A stretch of 64,000 nucleotides of DNA, from positions 372,001 through 436,000 of the forward strand of contig OY253684.1 in NCBI GenBank assembly GCA_958009085.1, in the 5' to 3' direction. The stretch's first letter is position 1; every line of letters starts with the position of its first letter. Below are positions 28,015-46,138 of this stretch, piece after piece. The notes below the pieces were generated by a model. That model was not told where the DNA came from. It made no database searches and saw nothing but the letters and a program-made list of their open reading frames with translations. Origin of the DNA: Protoeuglena noctilucae (lineage: Eukaryota). Made by a program: the position numbers and the translations under genes.

Positions 28015-29651
28015 TTACCATTCAGCAGAGTGTTCCTGGTCCCTAGGCGGGGAGATGCTGAGGCGTGCACCACGGTCGGCCAACCGCAATAATGCAGTAT
28101 CCTTCGGTCCCACCATCGATGCAGCAGCACAAAAGATAGGTGTTCTACCCAACGCGTCCTGCGCCTCCAGGTCAGCCCCAGCGTCCACCAGCAGGTCCAC
28201 GACAGAAGGGTGCCAGGCCCTGTGTAATGGAGTGACCTTCCCAGGCTCAGTGACCGCCCTGACATCCGCCCCTGCCGCCAGCAACAACCGCACTACCTCA
28301 ACAGCCTGTTTCTTTGTGCAGGCGGCAGCCTCATGCAAAGGTGTGCCCTCCTTGCTCCCAGCGTTGACATCCGCGCCCAGCTCAATCAAAGCGTGGGCCG
28401 TGTCGACGCGGCCATCCTCGCACGCCTTGTGCAGCGGTGATGGAGCATCACCTCCCCCGCCATGGATGCTCAACCCACGCGCCGCCAGCCACCGCACCGC
28501 CTCCCCGTCGCCCGCATAGTGCATTGGGATCTCTCCAGACCTGTCCTCAGCCGTTAGATCGGCCCCCAGATCCACGAGGGCCTCCATCACAGCCACGTTT
28601 CCGGCGGCCGCGGCACGTTGGAGGGCCGTGTACTCGTCAAAACCAATGCGAGCGTTGACGTCCGCCCCTGCCTCCACCAGCCGCCTCAAGATGCGCGGCG
28701 TGGGTCGACCCCCGCACACCCCCACCAACAAGCCTTCCCGGGACGCTGAAGCACCCGCCTCCAGCAGCACCTCCACCGCCTTCTCATGGCCCCCACGCGC
28801 GGCATGCATCAGCGCCGTGCACGTGGGGTTTCCAGACACTTCCACTTCCGCCCCCGCTGCCAGGCACGCCTTGACCGCCTCCAAACAGCCCCGCCCCGCG
28901 CAGTACGACATCAGCGGCCACTCATTGCGAGCCCGCCGGCTGACATCCGACCCCATCGCCACCGCCGCCCGCACCATCTGCGCCACCTCCCCCTCCCCCA
29001 AAGCGTACTCCCACTCCACCTCGCCGTCCGCCTGACGCCCCACAGGCTGCATCGCCCGCACCGCCAGCACCAACGGCGAATGACTGAACATAACCATGCT
29101 GACCCCAGGCAGGTGCGAGTCTTTCCAAAAGATGCCATTGATGTCCTGCCCCTCCGCCGCCAGCACGGCCAGCCACCACTGCCCCAGACTCGCCAAGTGG
29201 TGCGCGTGAGACCCGCCGTACGCGTACACCGCCAGCGGGCCACAGCTCATCTGAATTGAGTACGACCAATCGTGAGTTACCTCCTCACTTCCTTCAAAGT
29301 GAGTGGAATAAGCCTCTGCCGTGGCCCGGATGCCCCACGCCCTCCACACCTCATCCACCTCGTCGCGCATCTCCCGCGACACCGCCCGCGCCGCCACCAC
29401 GTCGCGCAGGGGCACCAGCCGCAGGATCTCGCGGTGCAGCTCCGGGGGCAGATCGCCCCATCCTGCGAGTGTCTCGAAAGGGGTTGGTGTAGCTGCATAA
29501 CGAAGCAGACGGGAGTTAGCATAGAGCGGGCGTAGAACAGCGGGAGTAGAGCTGCGTCTCGCTGGGCAGCTCAGCGCCCCCCTCACTCACCAGGTCCAGC
29601 CTGCGGGTCCTGACCGGCGGGGGCTGCCGACTCCTGATGCACTTCTCCGGC
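28015..29651 (-). CDS. F-box + ankyrin-repeat protein, copy 2 (5' exons uncertain)
   Basis: WGDLPPELHREILRLVPLRDVVAARAVSREMRDEV (F-box). Ankyrin repeats TALMHAARGGH, TALQRAAAAGN, SPLHKACEDGR, TPLHEAA, TPLHRA. Clear paralogue of copy 1. Confidence 0.85.
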
Positions 29652-30413
29652 ACCTGCACAAAGCGGTGGACGTGGCCGGGGATGGTGTGGACGAGCGGCT
29701 CGCCCGACCGACGCGCCAAAGATGCATTCTGCGCTTCTCACCTGTGCGCGCTGCCCGGCGCTGCGCCCGTCGTCCCTTCCTTCGCACCATCCCGCGCTAC
29801 CATGCGGAGGTACACCCGAACAAACGCCTTTGCGACCGCTGCGCACAGGGGCGGTGATCGCCCCACCCTGCGCACACGAGCGGGCCAAGTCCGAGACCGC
29901 ATGCGACGCAAGCGACGAGCGAAGCGTGGCCTCGCCGCTGGGCCTCACCAACGCTTGGCGCCTCGGGAGACGTCGAAATGTCCACGTAATCCACCGATCG
30001 GGTTTCTGTGGCCGCTTCCGGTGCGACCTGAGCGACCTCAGCGTGCACTGATGACTAGTGCGCTAGAGGGTCGGCACCGTCCCGGCTGATGCGACGTTCG
30101 ACGGTTTTAAACTCTTAGCATACGCTCGCTCGTCTGACGTTGAGACATGGAAACCAGACTGGCAGCACGAGCGCCAGCCCCCGCAGCTGGCACCAAGGTG
30201 GCACCTTGGTGCGCCAAGTTGCCCATCACGCAGGGTGCCCGCTCGAAAAGCTGCCCCTACCGTTGCGCTTTGGGCTGGAGGGCGCGAGCGTCGGGAGGGG
30301 CACAGGCCGGCCACGCGGGCCGGGCCATGGGCATCCGCCAGGCGGATATAGCAACCAGTCTGATCCGCTGTAGATTCTCGTCCATCACGCTTGCAGTTCG
30401 TAGCCTCCGCTCC

Positions 30414-36302
<5,889 letters not shown>

Positions 36303-37347
36303 CGCAGCGGTGGGGGCGTAGTGCGATGCGGAGTGGGCAGCTCGCGCATCTCGCTGGATGCGATTACGAGGCGTGGGAGGGCCTGGGGAGTGCGGGAGCG
36401 CGGGATGTGAGACGCGTGATTCACAGTAGTGTAGCAGCGTCTATGCATGGACGGCTCCATTGAAGACGCAAGTTTGATTGTGCCGGAACAGTGCTGTTGT
36501 GTGCTATGCGGGCCTCCGCTCACCTGTGCCTGCTCATTCACGCTCAGTTCGATCGCACCGAAAGCCAGGTTGCTCACACCGGGCATGGAGCCTAAGCCAC
36601 CGAAAGAACGAACCACGGCCGTCCCTGTGAAGGAAGCCGAGCCCGCTGCGGCAAAACAGAACGTCGCGGCCGCCAAAACTACCCCGTTTTCCCCCCTCGA
36701 TCTTAATCTGTGCGGGTTGATACGTAACAGGCTCGCGGATGTCTGGGCGTGGACGGTGTATTATGGGCTCTGTTGCTGCATCCTCCTGCAGCCGCACCCG
36801 TGCGGCGACGAGCTGGTGGCATGCGGATTGGCGGAGTACGAGTACGGCGACGCGTTAGGTTGCTGCGGTGAGCAAATCATTTACGCGGGCGCTTGCGGGA
36901 CGCTGTTTTTTCATGCTGCGTAGGTGTCACTGCGGCTCCGTGCTCTCCTCGCGCAGGCCCCTGCTTCAGCCGGCGGCGCGTCGTTTATTGTGCGGCGCAG
37001 AAGAGGTTCTTGCGGCGACACTGCGCGTGCCATGCTCAGGCGAGGCTGGAGAGGCACCACACATGCATGCTATTTTCACGCCTCACTCGTCGCAGAGGGG
37101 CATCCACGCGCCAGCGCAGCAGCTCAGCATGTTGACGTGGCAATAACAAATACATTCTGCGCTGCGATTAATCCACGCAGAGTCCCGACGACAAGCAGGG
37201 CCCCTCCAAGCCTTCCCCAGATCAAGAGCCAAAGAAAGCGTGATATAGATTTATCATCGCGTGATTCCGTTGCATTTGTATCGTCATTCGCATACAAACT
37301 AGCATGCCGCCGCGCTCTTCAATCGCGCCCCATATACAGTCGACTAG

Positions 37348-40236
37348 TCACCGCCCCAGCGCCACCCGCCGCTGCGCCCACCGCAGCAGCAATTGCGAGG
37401 CCACCGCCCCCGCCACCGCCCCCAGCACCGCCGCGCCAAGCGCGCCGCCCTGCGAGCCCCTCGCGCCGCCCCGCACCCACCCGGCCACCCCCTCCACCGA
37501 CCCACAAGCAGTGGTCGATGCGGCTTGGCCCGCCGCCCATGCGCTGGCCAGGCAGGACTCCAGGGACCCCGACAGCCGCGCCGCCCCTCGCGCCAAAGCC
37601 AACCCCGCCACCGAGGTGTCTCCCTGTGCTGGGGAAGCCACGCTTGCACCTACACCCCCAACCCCACCCCCACCCCCACCTGTGCCATTGACCCCACTAC
37701 CAGCCCCGCCAGTGCCTAGAGACGTGCTGAGGCCCAAGGACCGTTTTAAAGCTGCTCCGTGGGATGGCAGGGCCGGTAACAGTTTCGTGGCACCCCGCCT
37801 TGCTGCCCAGGAGGACATAGACTTCCAGAGGAGAGCGAGGGCCTTGGCCAGGACCTTGTGGGCTAGGGCCATGAGGGCAGCCTTGAAGCGACCTGGGGAG
37901 ATGAACGGGACATGCACATGCATGAGTGACACATGCATGAGTGACACATGACGGACAGCGCAGGGTATGGCTGTACAATGGTGGGTGCGCGACTCACCCA
38001 GGGCAACGACCCCCGCTGCCAGTGCGCTGCCCGTCATGGCCGCCGCGCTCGACGCCAGCGTCCCCTGCCGCTGAGAGACATCTAAACGTGCATTGTCATC
38101 CTGACCAACTGCACCGTTCTCATTTCGCCCGTCGCAGCCGTGACCGGCCCTTGCGGGGGGTGCCGTGGGGACGGAGGGTGACCCAGAGACTCGAGGACAC
38201 GCCACTTGGATCTCTGGCGATGCCGTCGTCGCGGTGTCTCGGTACACTGCCGGTGCGATGGATGGCGGTATAGGTGCAGCCATATCAGCGACCCTGGCCA
38301 CAGGCACGGGTGCGTGTGCTGTTGCTGCATTGGTTGTGTCGTCGGGCACCGGGCCTGCCGGGGCTGCGGCCAGGCCCCGTGCGTTCCGGAGCTCCAAACT
38401 CCGCGCCACCGCTCGCGTCTGGGGGCAAGAAGTGATAACTGTGTGATAACACTGGCATTCGTCGCCAACTCTCCCACCCGCCCACCTGCATCTAGGCACT
38501 CGTCTTCCCTCGCCCACTTGACACTCAGTCACCTGCATGTCGTCCAGCTGGGCGCGTATCCGGCCCAGCTCCACAAACAGCTCCCGCACCAGCTCCTGGG
38601 ACCCTGCAACACAGATCCGAGACTCATCACTCACACCTCACACCTTCGCACCAACTCCTTCCATCCCACTCATCGACACCCTACGTTTCGCTCATCTACG
38701 TCAGCGGCCTCGCCTCGTCTGCCTTGGTCCTCCCGCATGCCCGCCGCGTGCACTTGCGCCCGCAGCCACCGCACGCCCACCAGAGCCCCCGCCTCCGCAC
38801 CGGCGCCCCCCTCGCAGGTACTGACACCGGACTCTGACACCGTCACGCCAGAGCCCAGGCTGTCGGTCCCCGCGCCCCACCCACGAGACACCGCCGCGGC
38901 TGTGCCAGCAGCGGGCGCCCTGCCACCCCCGTCGCCGTCCCCCGGGGTCGTGGACATGCGGTCCAAGTCCCGCCCCTGCGCCTGCGCCATGCTTAGCGGC
39001 GCCATGCTGGTGGAGTAGCACCCGCACTCATCGCAGGATCCCCGGCTCGTGCGCCTCGACGCCCCCACTCCCGTACCCCCCCCCTCGCTGCCGTCGCAGC
39101 TGTCGTTTGTCGCCCTCGGCCCGTCCCCGGTAGCCCGCAGCACGTTCCTTCTGGTGCGTGAGGGCACATCTGCGCTGCTCTGACGCCGCAGCTCCCTCTC
39201 CAGGGCCTCCCGGAGAGCCTGGGCCTGCAAGGGTGTGAATGAGAGCAGCTGCTGACCAGTGAAAAGCAAGGCGGTGAACATGGGCTGACCAGACCCGGGC
39301 GTCCAAACAAGGGCATGCGACGCACCCATGTCTTGGCACAGCAAAATCCATGCATCGGTCTCAGGCCCTTCCCACACAGCCCCTCACACCTGCGCCTCCG
39401 TTGCCCCCGCCCCCGCCGCGTGTTTCCCCAGCCGCCCCACCGCCCGCCTCCTCCTCTGCCCGCTCGACTGTGAGGGACCACCCTCGGCGTCCGTCGTGGC
39501 CCCTGACGCCACCCCTGAGTCAGGGCCACGCAGGGAGAGGCTGCGCACGGGGGCGTGGCCCTCACGGCCGTCTCTGAGGGAGTCCTGCTCGTCGTAGAGC
39601 ACGCGGGGCAGGGCTGCGGGGGGCAATGGGGTGCTGGCTCAATGGCAGTTGAGTGGTCGTGTACAGGAGGGGCGGTGGGGTGTTGATGGGAGCCAAAGGG
39701 TGACACAGCATGCGGGGCAGGGGTGATGGGAGCGGCACAGGGAGCAAGCATGGTCCCTCTCGCCTGGCATGGCGGGTGAGCTCTCTGCACTCCATGCCGC
39801 CCTGCGAGCGCAGGGAGGACGTCACCATCACCCACTGCGCGACGTTCACGTCCCTGCGCATGCCAGCCTGCTAGCCTGAGACAGAGTGGCACCATGCGTC
39901 CCATGCCACGCACCGCTCGTTGTCACGGCCCATTGCTGCGTCTCCGATGGCCGGGGTGGCGCACACGGCTCCGATGTCCGGCAGCGCGGGGCTGCCCTGG
40001 AGAGGTGCCTCCGGGTCGCTGGCTACCCCGGGGTCTCCCCGGTGTGTTTCTGACGCCGCGTCCCAGGCAAAGCCACGGGAGGACGGCGCCTCGGTCAGGG
40101 CCGGCGGCAGGAGGCGCTCGTCGGCGGGTGGGGCTCCTGGGGTATCCCCCGCCCAGTCATGGCTGCATCCGAAGGGGTTGCTTCGCCGGACGTGGCCCCA
40201 CAGGGTGTCGGCACTGCACCTGCCTGCGCCTTGCAT
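37348..40236 (-). CDS. Hypothetical low-complexity multi-exon protein with a short coiled coil and a C-terminal hydrophobic segment
   Basis: Exon-like blocks bounded by GT/AG: ALPRVLYDEQ..., AQALREALERELRRQ, SQELVRELFVELGRIRAQLDDMQ, ...GGALGAAVLGAVAGAVASQLLLRW...*. Confidence 0.35.
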
Positions 40237-41189
40237 CTGGCCGGCGCTCGGAGAGCACGCGGGAAGCGGCGGGAGGTCCCCGGTGCGGGAACAGGGAGTA
40301 TTTGCGTCCAGCTCCGACAGCGGGGCACTGCGGGACGGCGGGGAGAGGTCAGGGTGGCCGGGCACAGGCGGATTGCTTGGATGCGTGCCGCGCACGCGGC
40401 AAAGCGCGAAGACCTTGCACGTCCCCGCGCCATGCATCAGTATCCGCACCTGTATCGGGGAGCGCGCTTTGGGGAAGGAAACGACGCGAGCCCTTCGCCG
40501 GAAGGGAACTTGAGGGGCGACATCGCAAACGAAATGGCGTCGGTGCGCGGCGAGGACAGGGGAGAAGCCGGAATCGAGCTCTGCATCGTGACAGTGCCCT
40601 TTGGCAATCGGTCCCTTGGACTCTGCGACGCTGAGTCTCGCCCGGGACCACGCGAGCACAGTGCAATGCCTCAATTCCAAGGTAGGAGCAGCAGTTGGCA
40701 ACAACCTCCGATCCGACAGTGCATGTATAGCAAAAAAAGAACTCGTTATGCAGTCGGCCGGCAATGGCGACCTAGGCGCGCCCCCCGGAGGTCAAAGGGC
40801 CATAGGGCGGGCCCCCCGGGCTGACTGCGGGCCGATGAGAGTAATTTGACGCATGCGACAGAACGTCCTTGACTAAACGCATACGGCGCAGCTGACGTCG
40901 TGGATTTGCAGCGACGAGGTTTCGAACGCCGACCGAGGAAAGCTGACACAGGAACCCGCCGCCGGTGGGGTTTCAATGGCTTGCCGGCAGACAATTCGGC
41001 CCTAACTGCATCGCGCAAAAATCTCTTATTGTTGGCGCATCTGACTCGTCGACGCCCGTCCCTCCTCCGCGCGCGACAGCCCGCATCTGTACCAGCTGAC
41101 AACGTTCGCCGCCGCAGCTGCCGACTGCGCTAGCCCCGAGTCCCGACAACCTGCGCCACATCTCCAGGACCTCTGGTGGAGCGACTGCG

Positions 41190-41986
41190 ATGAGCGAGAT
41201 GGCCGCGCCCGGCGACGCGGATCCAGCTGCAGGGTCTTGCCTGGTACGCTGTTCGCTGCCCCTTCACCGCCTCATTCGCCTCGCGACGAGGGCAGCAACT
41301 TGCAGCCCTACTTAATACCTTCCCCCTTGCACGCAGAGCGCTGCGCCATCTCCGAAGCGACCTGCGCCCTTGCTAGCCACGCCACCGCCTGTGCGCCTCC
41401 TTCTGCTGGACCCCGCCGCGTCCGCTCCGAGCTGCGCGCTGTCGCCTGCCTCGCCGGTGGACCCGTGCCCCATATGTACCTGTTCTCTTCAGGCCGAGCC
41501 CTCTCACAGGCTCCCATGCGGCCACATGGTGCGGGGGCCAAAACCTGCCTGGCCATTAGCGAGCCTCTTCAGCCCTCTCGCGACCCTGTGTCTCCCTGAC
41601 CTGCAGTTCCACCGCCAGTGCATCCGCGGCCACGCCGAGCACAACGGTGGGGAGGACGCCGCAGCCTGTCCCTACTGCCGGGCCTCTTTCCCTCTGTGCG
41701 CCTCACCCTTCGACAACCTCCAGGCACGCGGCGCTGCTCTTGCCTTGCCGCGCATGCCTACATCGCGATTCAGATCTAGCATGAGCCTTCATGTCTAATT
41801 AACGCACCACAACTGCACACGCAGAAGGTCGCCAGGCCAGCGTCGCAAGTCGCATCGAGATGGTACCAAGCAGACACCACGGCGCAGATCCTCATGCGGG
41901 CGAGCGCCGCCAGGGAGGCCGTTCAGCGCCGCCTGCAGGTCCGGCAGGGCGCCGAGCAAGTGCCCCTGCCCCCCGCAGCCGCATGA
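41190..41986 (+). CDS. RING-H2 zinc-finger protein
   Basis: Spliced CPIC...LPCGHM|FHRQC...CPYCR gives the C3H2C3 pattern. Confidence 0.8.
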
Positions 41987-42000
41987 CGACATGAACGCAG

Positions 42001-42582
42001 CTATGCCTTGCCCTTTGCCCTCCCCTTGCCCTTCCCCGCGGGCTTCTCCTTAGCAGGCGCGTCCTTCGCCATGATCCGCGGATGCACCGTGTCGCACTGG
42101 CCGTGCATGTAGGCCAGAAAGTCCTTCATGTCCATCTCCTGCAGCAAAAATGAGATGTAGCGCCTCGTTAGCTGAAGGGATTGTGAACGGATGGCGCGAC
42201 GCCTGAGCCCGCGCGCGCACCATGATCTCGTCGACCTTGCCGGACAGTATGTAGCCGTCTACGGGGAAGTTCAGCCAGTGTCGGGCACCAAACACGCCCC
42301 GCAGCTTTATGCACGCGATGTCGTACGCCTGGGCCGCCTTCTCCGGGTTCCAATAGTGCCCCAAATAGATGTCTGCGAGTCGAGGATGGCTGCGCCCTTT
42401 CTCGACAGTAGAAAAACGCAGCTTTCCATAGCGCATGTATCCATCACGCATGCATGCAGGTGGCGTCCGAAGGCCTTGCCTGATTCCCAGCCATAAATCC
42501 TCGCTTTGAACTGGCCCCTGTTGGGGTAGACGCCACGGTACTTCGGCCCAGTGTCTTCTGCCTTTTTCTTCTTGGGCGGCAT
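42001..42582 (-). CDS. AP2/ERF-domain DNA-binding protein
   Basis: NLS PPKKKK, KYRGVY...FKARI, IYLGHY..PEKAAQAYDIACIKLRG...LNFP. Confidence 0.85.
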
Positions 42583-42918
42583 CGACGGACGACGCCCACC
42601 CTTTTGTCTCGCAAAGGGACGCGCGCGATGAGGACGGCGGCTTGGCGAGATGACAGCCACGGCGACCGCGACGCTGCAGGCAATGAACTCACGACGTGCC
42701 GAGTCAGGCGAGCGCAAGAAGTCCCTACCAGCGACCCATTCTTTGTCCGTTGGCCGATGTGCCGTCGGCGATTTGCAGACTCCCTCACCCGCGTTCCATG
42801 TGCCGTCCCTAGCGTGGCCGGAACTCGCTGCATGCTTCGCGGGGAGCTCGCAGAACAGACAGCTGAAGGCTTGACGACTTTCCGAGTCCCGGTGCACCTT
42901 TCAGGGGGCGTTCGTGCT

Positions 42919-44186
42919 ATGCTTGGCTTCCTTAACAAGTTCCTGCCACAGGTGCGTTGAGCGATGCTCGTTAATCGGAGGCGGCGACGGGCGGCATCGC
43001 AAGCATGGTCAAACGCCTGCGCCCTTTTGCGCAGGTCCTCGGATGGACGCTCATCACCGTGGCCGGGTACTCTAGGGTGCCGCAGATGATCAATATTTAC
43101 GACGCGCGGAGCGCCAAGGGCCTGAGCATGGCGTCGCTCGAGGTGAGCCGCTGCAGTGCCCCGCCTGCAAGCCTCGAAACACAGCAAGCTCTAGCGAACC
43201 ATCTACCCTGCTCCGACGGCAGCTGAGGTGCCCGCGAATCCTCCCCGTGGCCCTCAGATCGAGATGATGGTGAACACGGTGTTCGTGATGCACAACTACG
43301 AGCGCTCCTTCTCGGACTGGGGCGAAGTCGGCGTGCTCCTCATCGCCTACGTCGTCCTGATGGCCATGGTGTACCACTACGGCAACAGCCGGGGCCGGGG
43401 CCTCATCGCCGGCGCGGTCTTCGTGACGTCGATGCTCGCATGGTCTCGCGACCTCATCCCCAAGGCCATCATCAGGCAAGGAGCCGCCCGCGACTCATAG
43501 ATGGGCTACTTCGCCCTCCATCTCTCGCTCCGCTCGCTCGTGGACCGCCCGACACCCTTCTCTCGACACGTACTGTGCCTTCCCTACGGTGCCACGCAGC
43601 CAGCTCTTCAACCTGAGTGTGGTCAGCCTGGCCGTGGCGCGTGGCAACCAGGTGGTGCAGAACTTCGTCAATAAGTCGGTCGGCGTCGCGTCGCCCATCA
43701 CCCTCCTCATCAATGTCGCTGGCACCGGTGTCCGACTCTACACCACCTTCGTGGAGATGCCGCCGCCTGCCCTGGCTGGTGAGCCACGCTCGCAAGACTG
43801 ATCGATCGCCATATCGACTGCCGTACTAGCTCACGACCGCAAGACTGCTTAGCCAGGGCGAGTCGTCTTAGCGACAGCTCATGCCCCGATTAACACCTCC
43901 CTCACCCCGCGCTGCTGCTGATGCGACAGCCGCAGCGGCTCATCCCACGCCCCTGTTCCGCGCCGCAGTCCGCCTGCAGTACCTGATTGCCTTCTCCCTC
44001 AACGTGGTGCTGTTTGGGCAGTACTGGGTCCTCGGCCCTGACCGGCGTGGCAAGGCGCCCCCCAGCGCTCGTGGGCCGGGCGCAAGGGCGAGGGGCGCGC
44101 CGTACGGGCCGCAGGACGGGGCGAGGATGGACTCGTCCGCGCCGCAGTCGTGGGAGAGGGACACGGTCCAAAAGAAGGCATCGTGA
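42919..44186 (+). CDS. PQ-loop membrane protein, MPDU1-like
   Basis: LGWTLITVAGYSRVPQMINIYDARSAKGLS, FSDWGE, NQVVQNFVNKSVGVASPIT, AGTGVRLYTTFVE, SLNVVLFGQYW. Confidence 0.8.
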
Positions 44187-44466
44187 CGTGGGGACTTGTC
44201 TGCCGATATGCGCTGTGGCAGGGCGTGCGGGAGCCGTAGGGGATGCAGAGGCCGCTAGTCGTCGCCCTTGAATATCGCTTGCGAGGGTCACAAGCTAGAA
44301 ACGGGTGCCTGGGATGCCAGAGGTGCCGTGCGGCATGGAAACGGGCGTGGGCCGCCACACATCAATGGTTATCACACCCACTCAGCGTTTCTATGATATG
44401 TGTCGGCCGTGGCGAGACACCCTCGTCGCTTAGCCAAGGATCCTCGTCGCTCTCGCCGTCCCTCTA

Positions 44467-45765
44467 TCATCCCAGGATGACGTTCGTGCGGCCACCCCCC
44501 GGCGGGTGGCGGCCCGAGGGAGGCCTCGCCCGGGGCCTCCCCAGCTCCTCCTCCAGCTGCATCACGAGCTCGGGCTTCTGGGGGTACCCCGCGCCCCGCT
44601 TGGACACCCGCTCCTCGGGCCACTCCCCGGGTGCCGTGCCGAAGAGACCGTGGCCCCGGTGGTCCCGGACGCGCCCCTCGTGCTGCACGCGCATGTCCCC
44701 TTGGGGCGCGGGCACCTCCCCCGTGCGATTGAAGATGTCTGCGAAGCAACGGGGTCGCCAGATGTCAGCGCCAGCACAGTCAAGCATCCGACCAGCACCT
44801 CGCGAATGCGCATTAGCGCGCGCACCGTTGCCCAGCACGTCCCGCAGCTTGGCCTCGCTCATGTGCGTGCCGCGCGACTGGAAGTGGTCCTCGGGCCCTT
44901 CCCGTTGGAAGAGCTTGGAGCCCACCACGTCCTTGTGCTTGCGGTCCGATAGCTTGCGGATGGGCGAGCCGTCCACGTGCCGCATCATCTCCGCGGCCTC
45001 AGAGCCGCCGAAGAGGGCCATGCGCTGCGCGGGAGCCTCCCGGATCGAACCCGAGTCGTCCAAGTACACGCTGCTGCCAGTGTCAAAGATGCCGTGGCCT
45101 GCCACGTCCCGCTGCTTGTAGGCGCTCTGGGGCCGCGACAGCATAGGCTCCTCCGGGTCGAAGATGTGGCTGCCCTCGCGCGCCGCGACGGCCATCGGCG
45201 ACTTGGCCTTGCGCGCGAACGCGTTCCGGTCCCTCTGCGCGGCGCGGGAGGCGAGCGCTGGCTTCGTTGTGTGAGCGGAAACAACCTGGGCCAGTCACGG
45301 GGTTATGGACCGCAAGAAGTGCACTGTGCGAGTCACGGGTGAGGATGGATGGGATCAAGCGGCGCGCCCACCTCGCTGGGGGCGCCCGCGTAGGGAATGT
45401 CATTTCCCCTGCGGCCGTTGGATCCCCCGTACGGATCCGCCGGTTCAGTCTGATTCCACTGCACGTGAAGCAAAGAGAGGACGGAGCGGCGATTAGGGCG
45501 GCCCACTTTGAGCGCGCGGGGAGGCGGAGGGGCCATCACAACCGCAACGGTTGTGCGGAGCAGCATTTACCTTGAGGATGTCGTACCCCCGGCCTGGCCT
45601 GCCCATGCTCTGCGAGCGAGGATCGCAAGCATCCATTGAGTGATCGGCTCGCCCCCAGGAATCCCACGCGCGGGAGGCCCGTTCAAAAATGTCCGCCCGA
45701 ACTGTCGCATGCCGGCGCACCGTGTTTTGGCTCTTCAGCGAGCCATCCGCATTCCACATCGACAT
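44467..45765 (-). CDS. DUF4057 / HN1(Jupiter)-like disordered repeat protein
   Basis: Repeats SAYKQRDVAGHGIF, SDRKHKDVVGSKLF, SEAKLRDVLGN.DIF, RDHRGHGLF, and a C-terminus RHPPGGGRTNVILG*. Confidence 0.6.
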
Positions 45766-46138
45766 TGTGCCGGGCGCAGCCCTGCAGGGCGGGCTCCCGG
45801 CGGGAGGCGACGGAGTACTTGTCGGCCTCGCTGCTCTTCGACCAGCCCAGCGTCCGAGCAGCGACCAGCGATATATTTGATAAGTGCAGAAGTCCGCCTG
45901 GGTCCGAGTCGGCCGCTGCACAAGCAGCGGCTGCACACTTGCACAAGAGTTTTCTGACGCGGACGGAAGCCTGTCCACGGCAGATTTGCGAGATGCGGAC
46001 GCATTGCTGGGGAGACGTGCAACCTTCATAGCCCCGGGAATCGAAAGCCGCCGCGTCCTGACTGTCGGGGAGACGCAAAGCGTACATCTTAGGGCTACGC
46101 CTCTTGCGGCGGGCTCAGGGGCTATTTGGCCTCAGACG

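Noticed and set aside
27002..28015. Long ORFs between the two F-box-ankyrin genes
   Set aside because: Arg/Ala/Pro-rich random-like translations with no transposase or terminal repeats visible.
36447..37300. Cys-rich 158-aa ORF and neighbours after gyrA
   Set aside because: No domain pattern or codon bias I can support. Probably UTR or intergenic.
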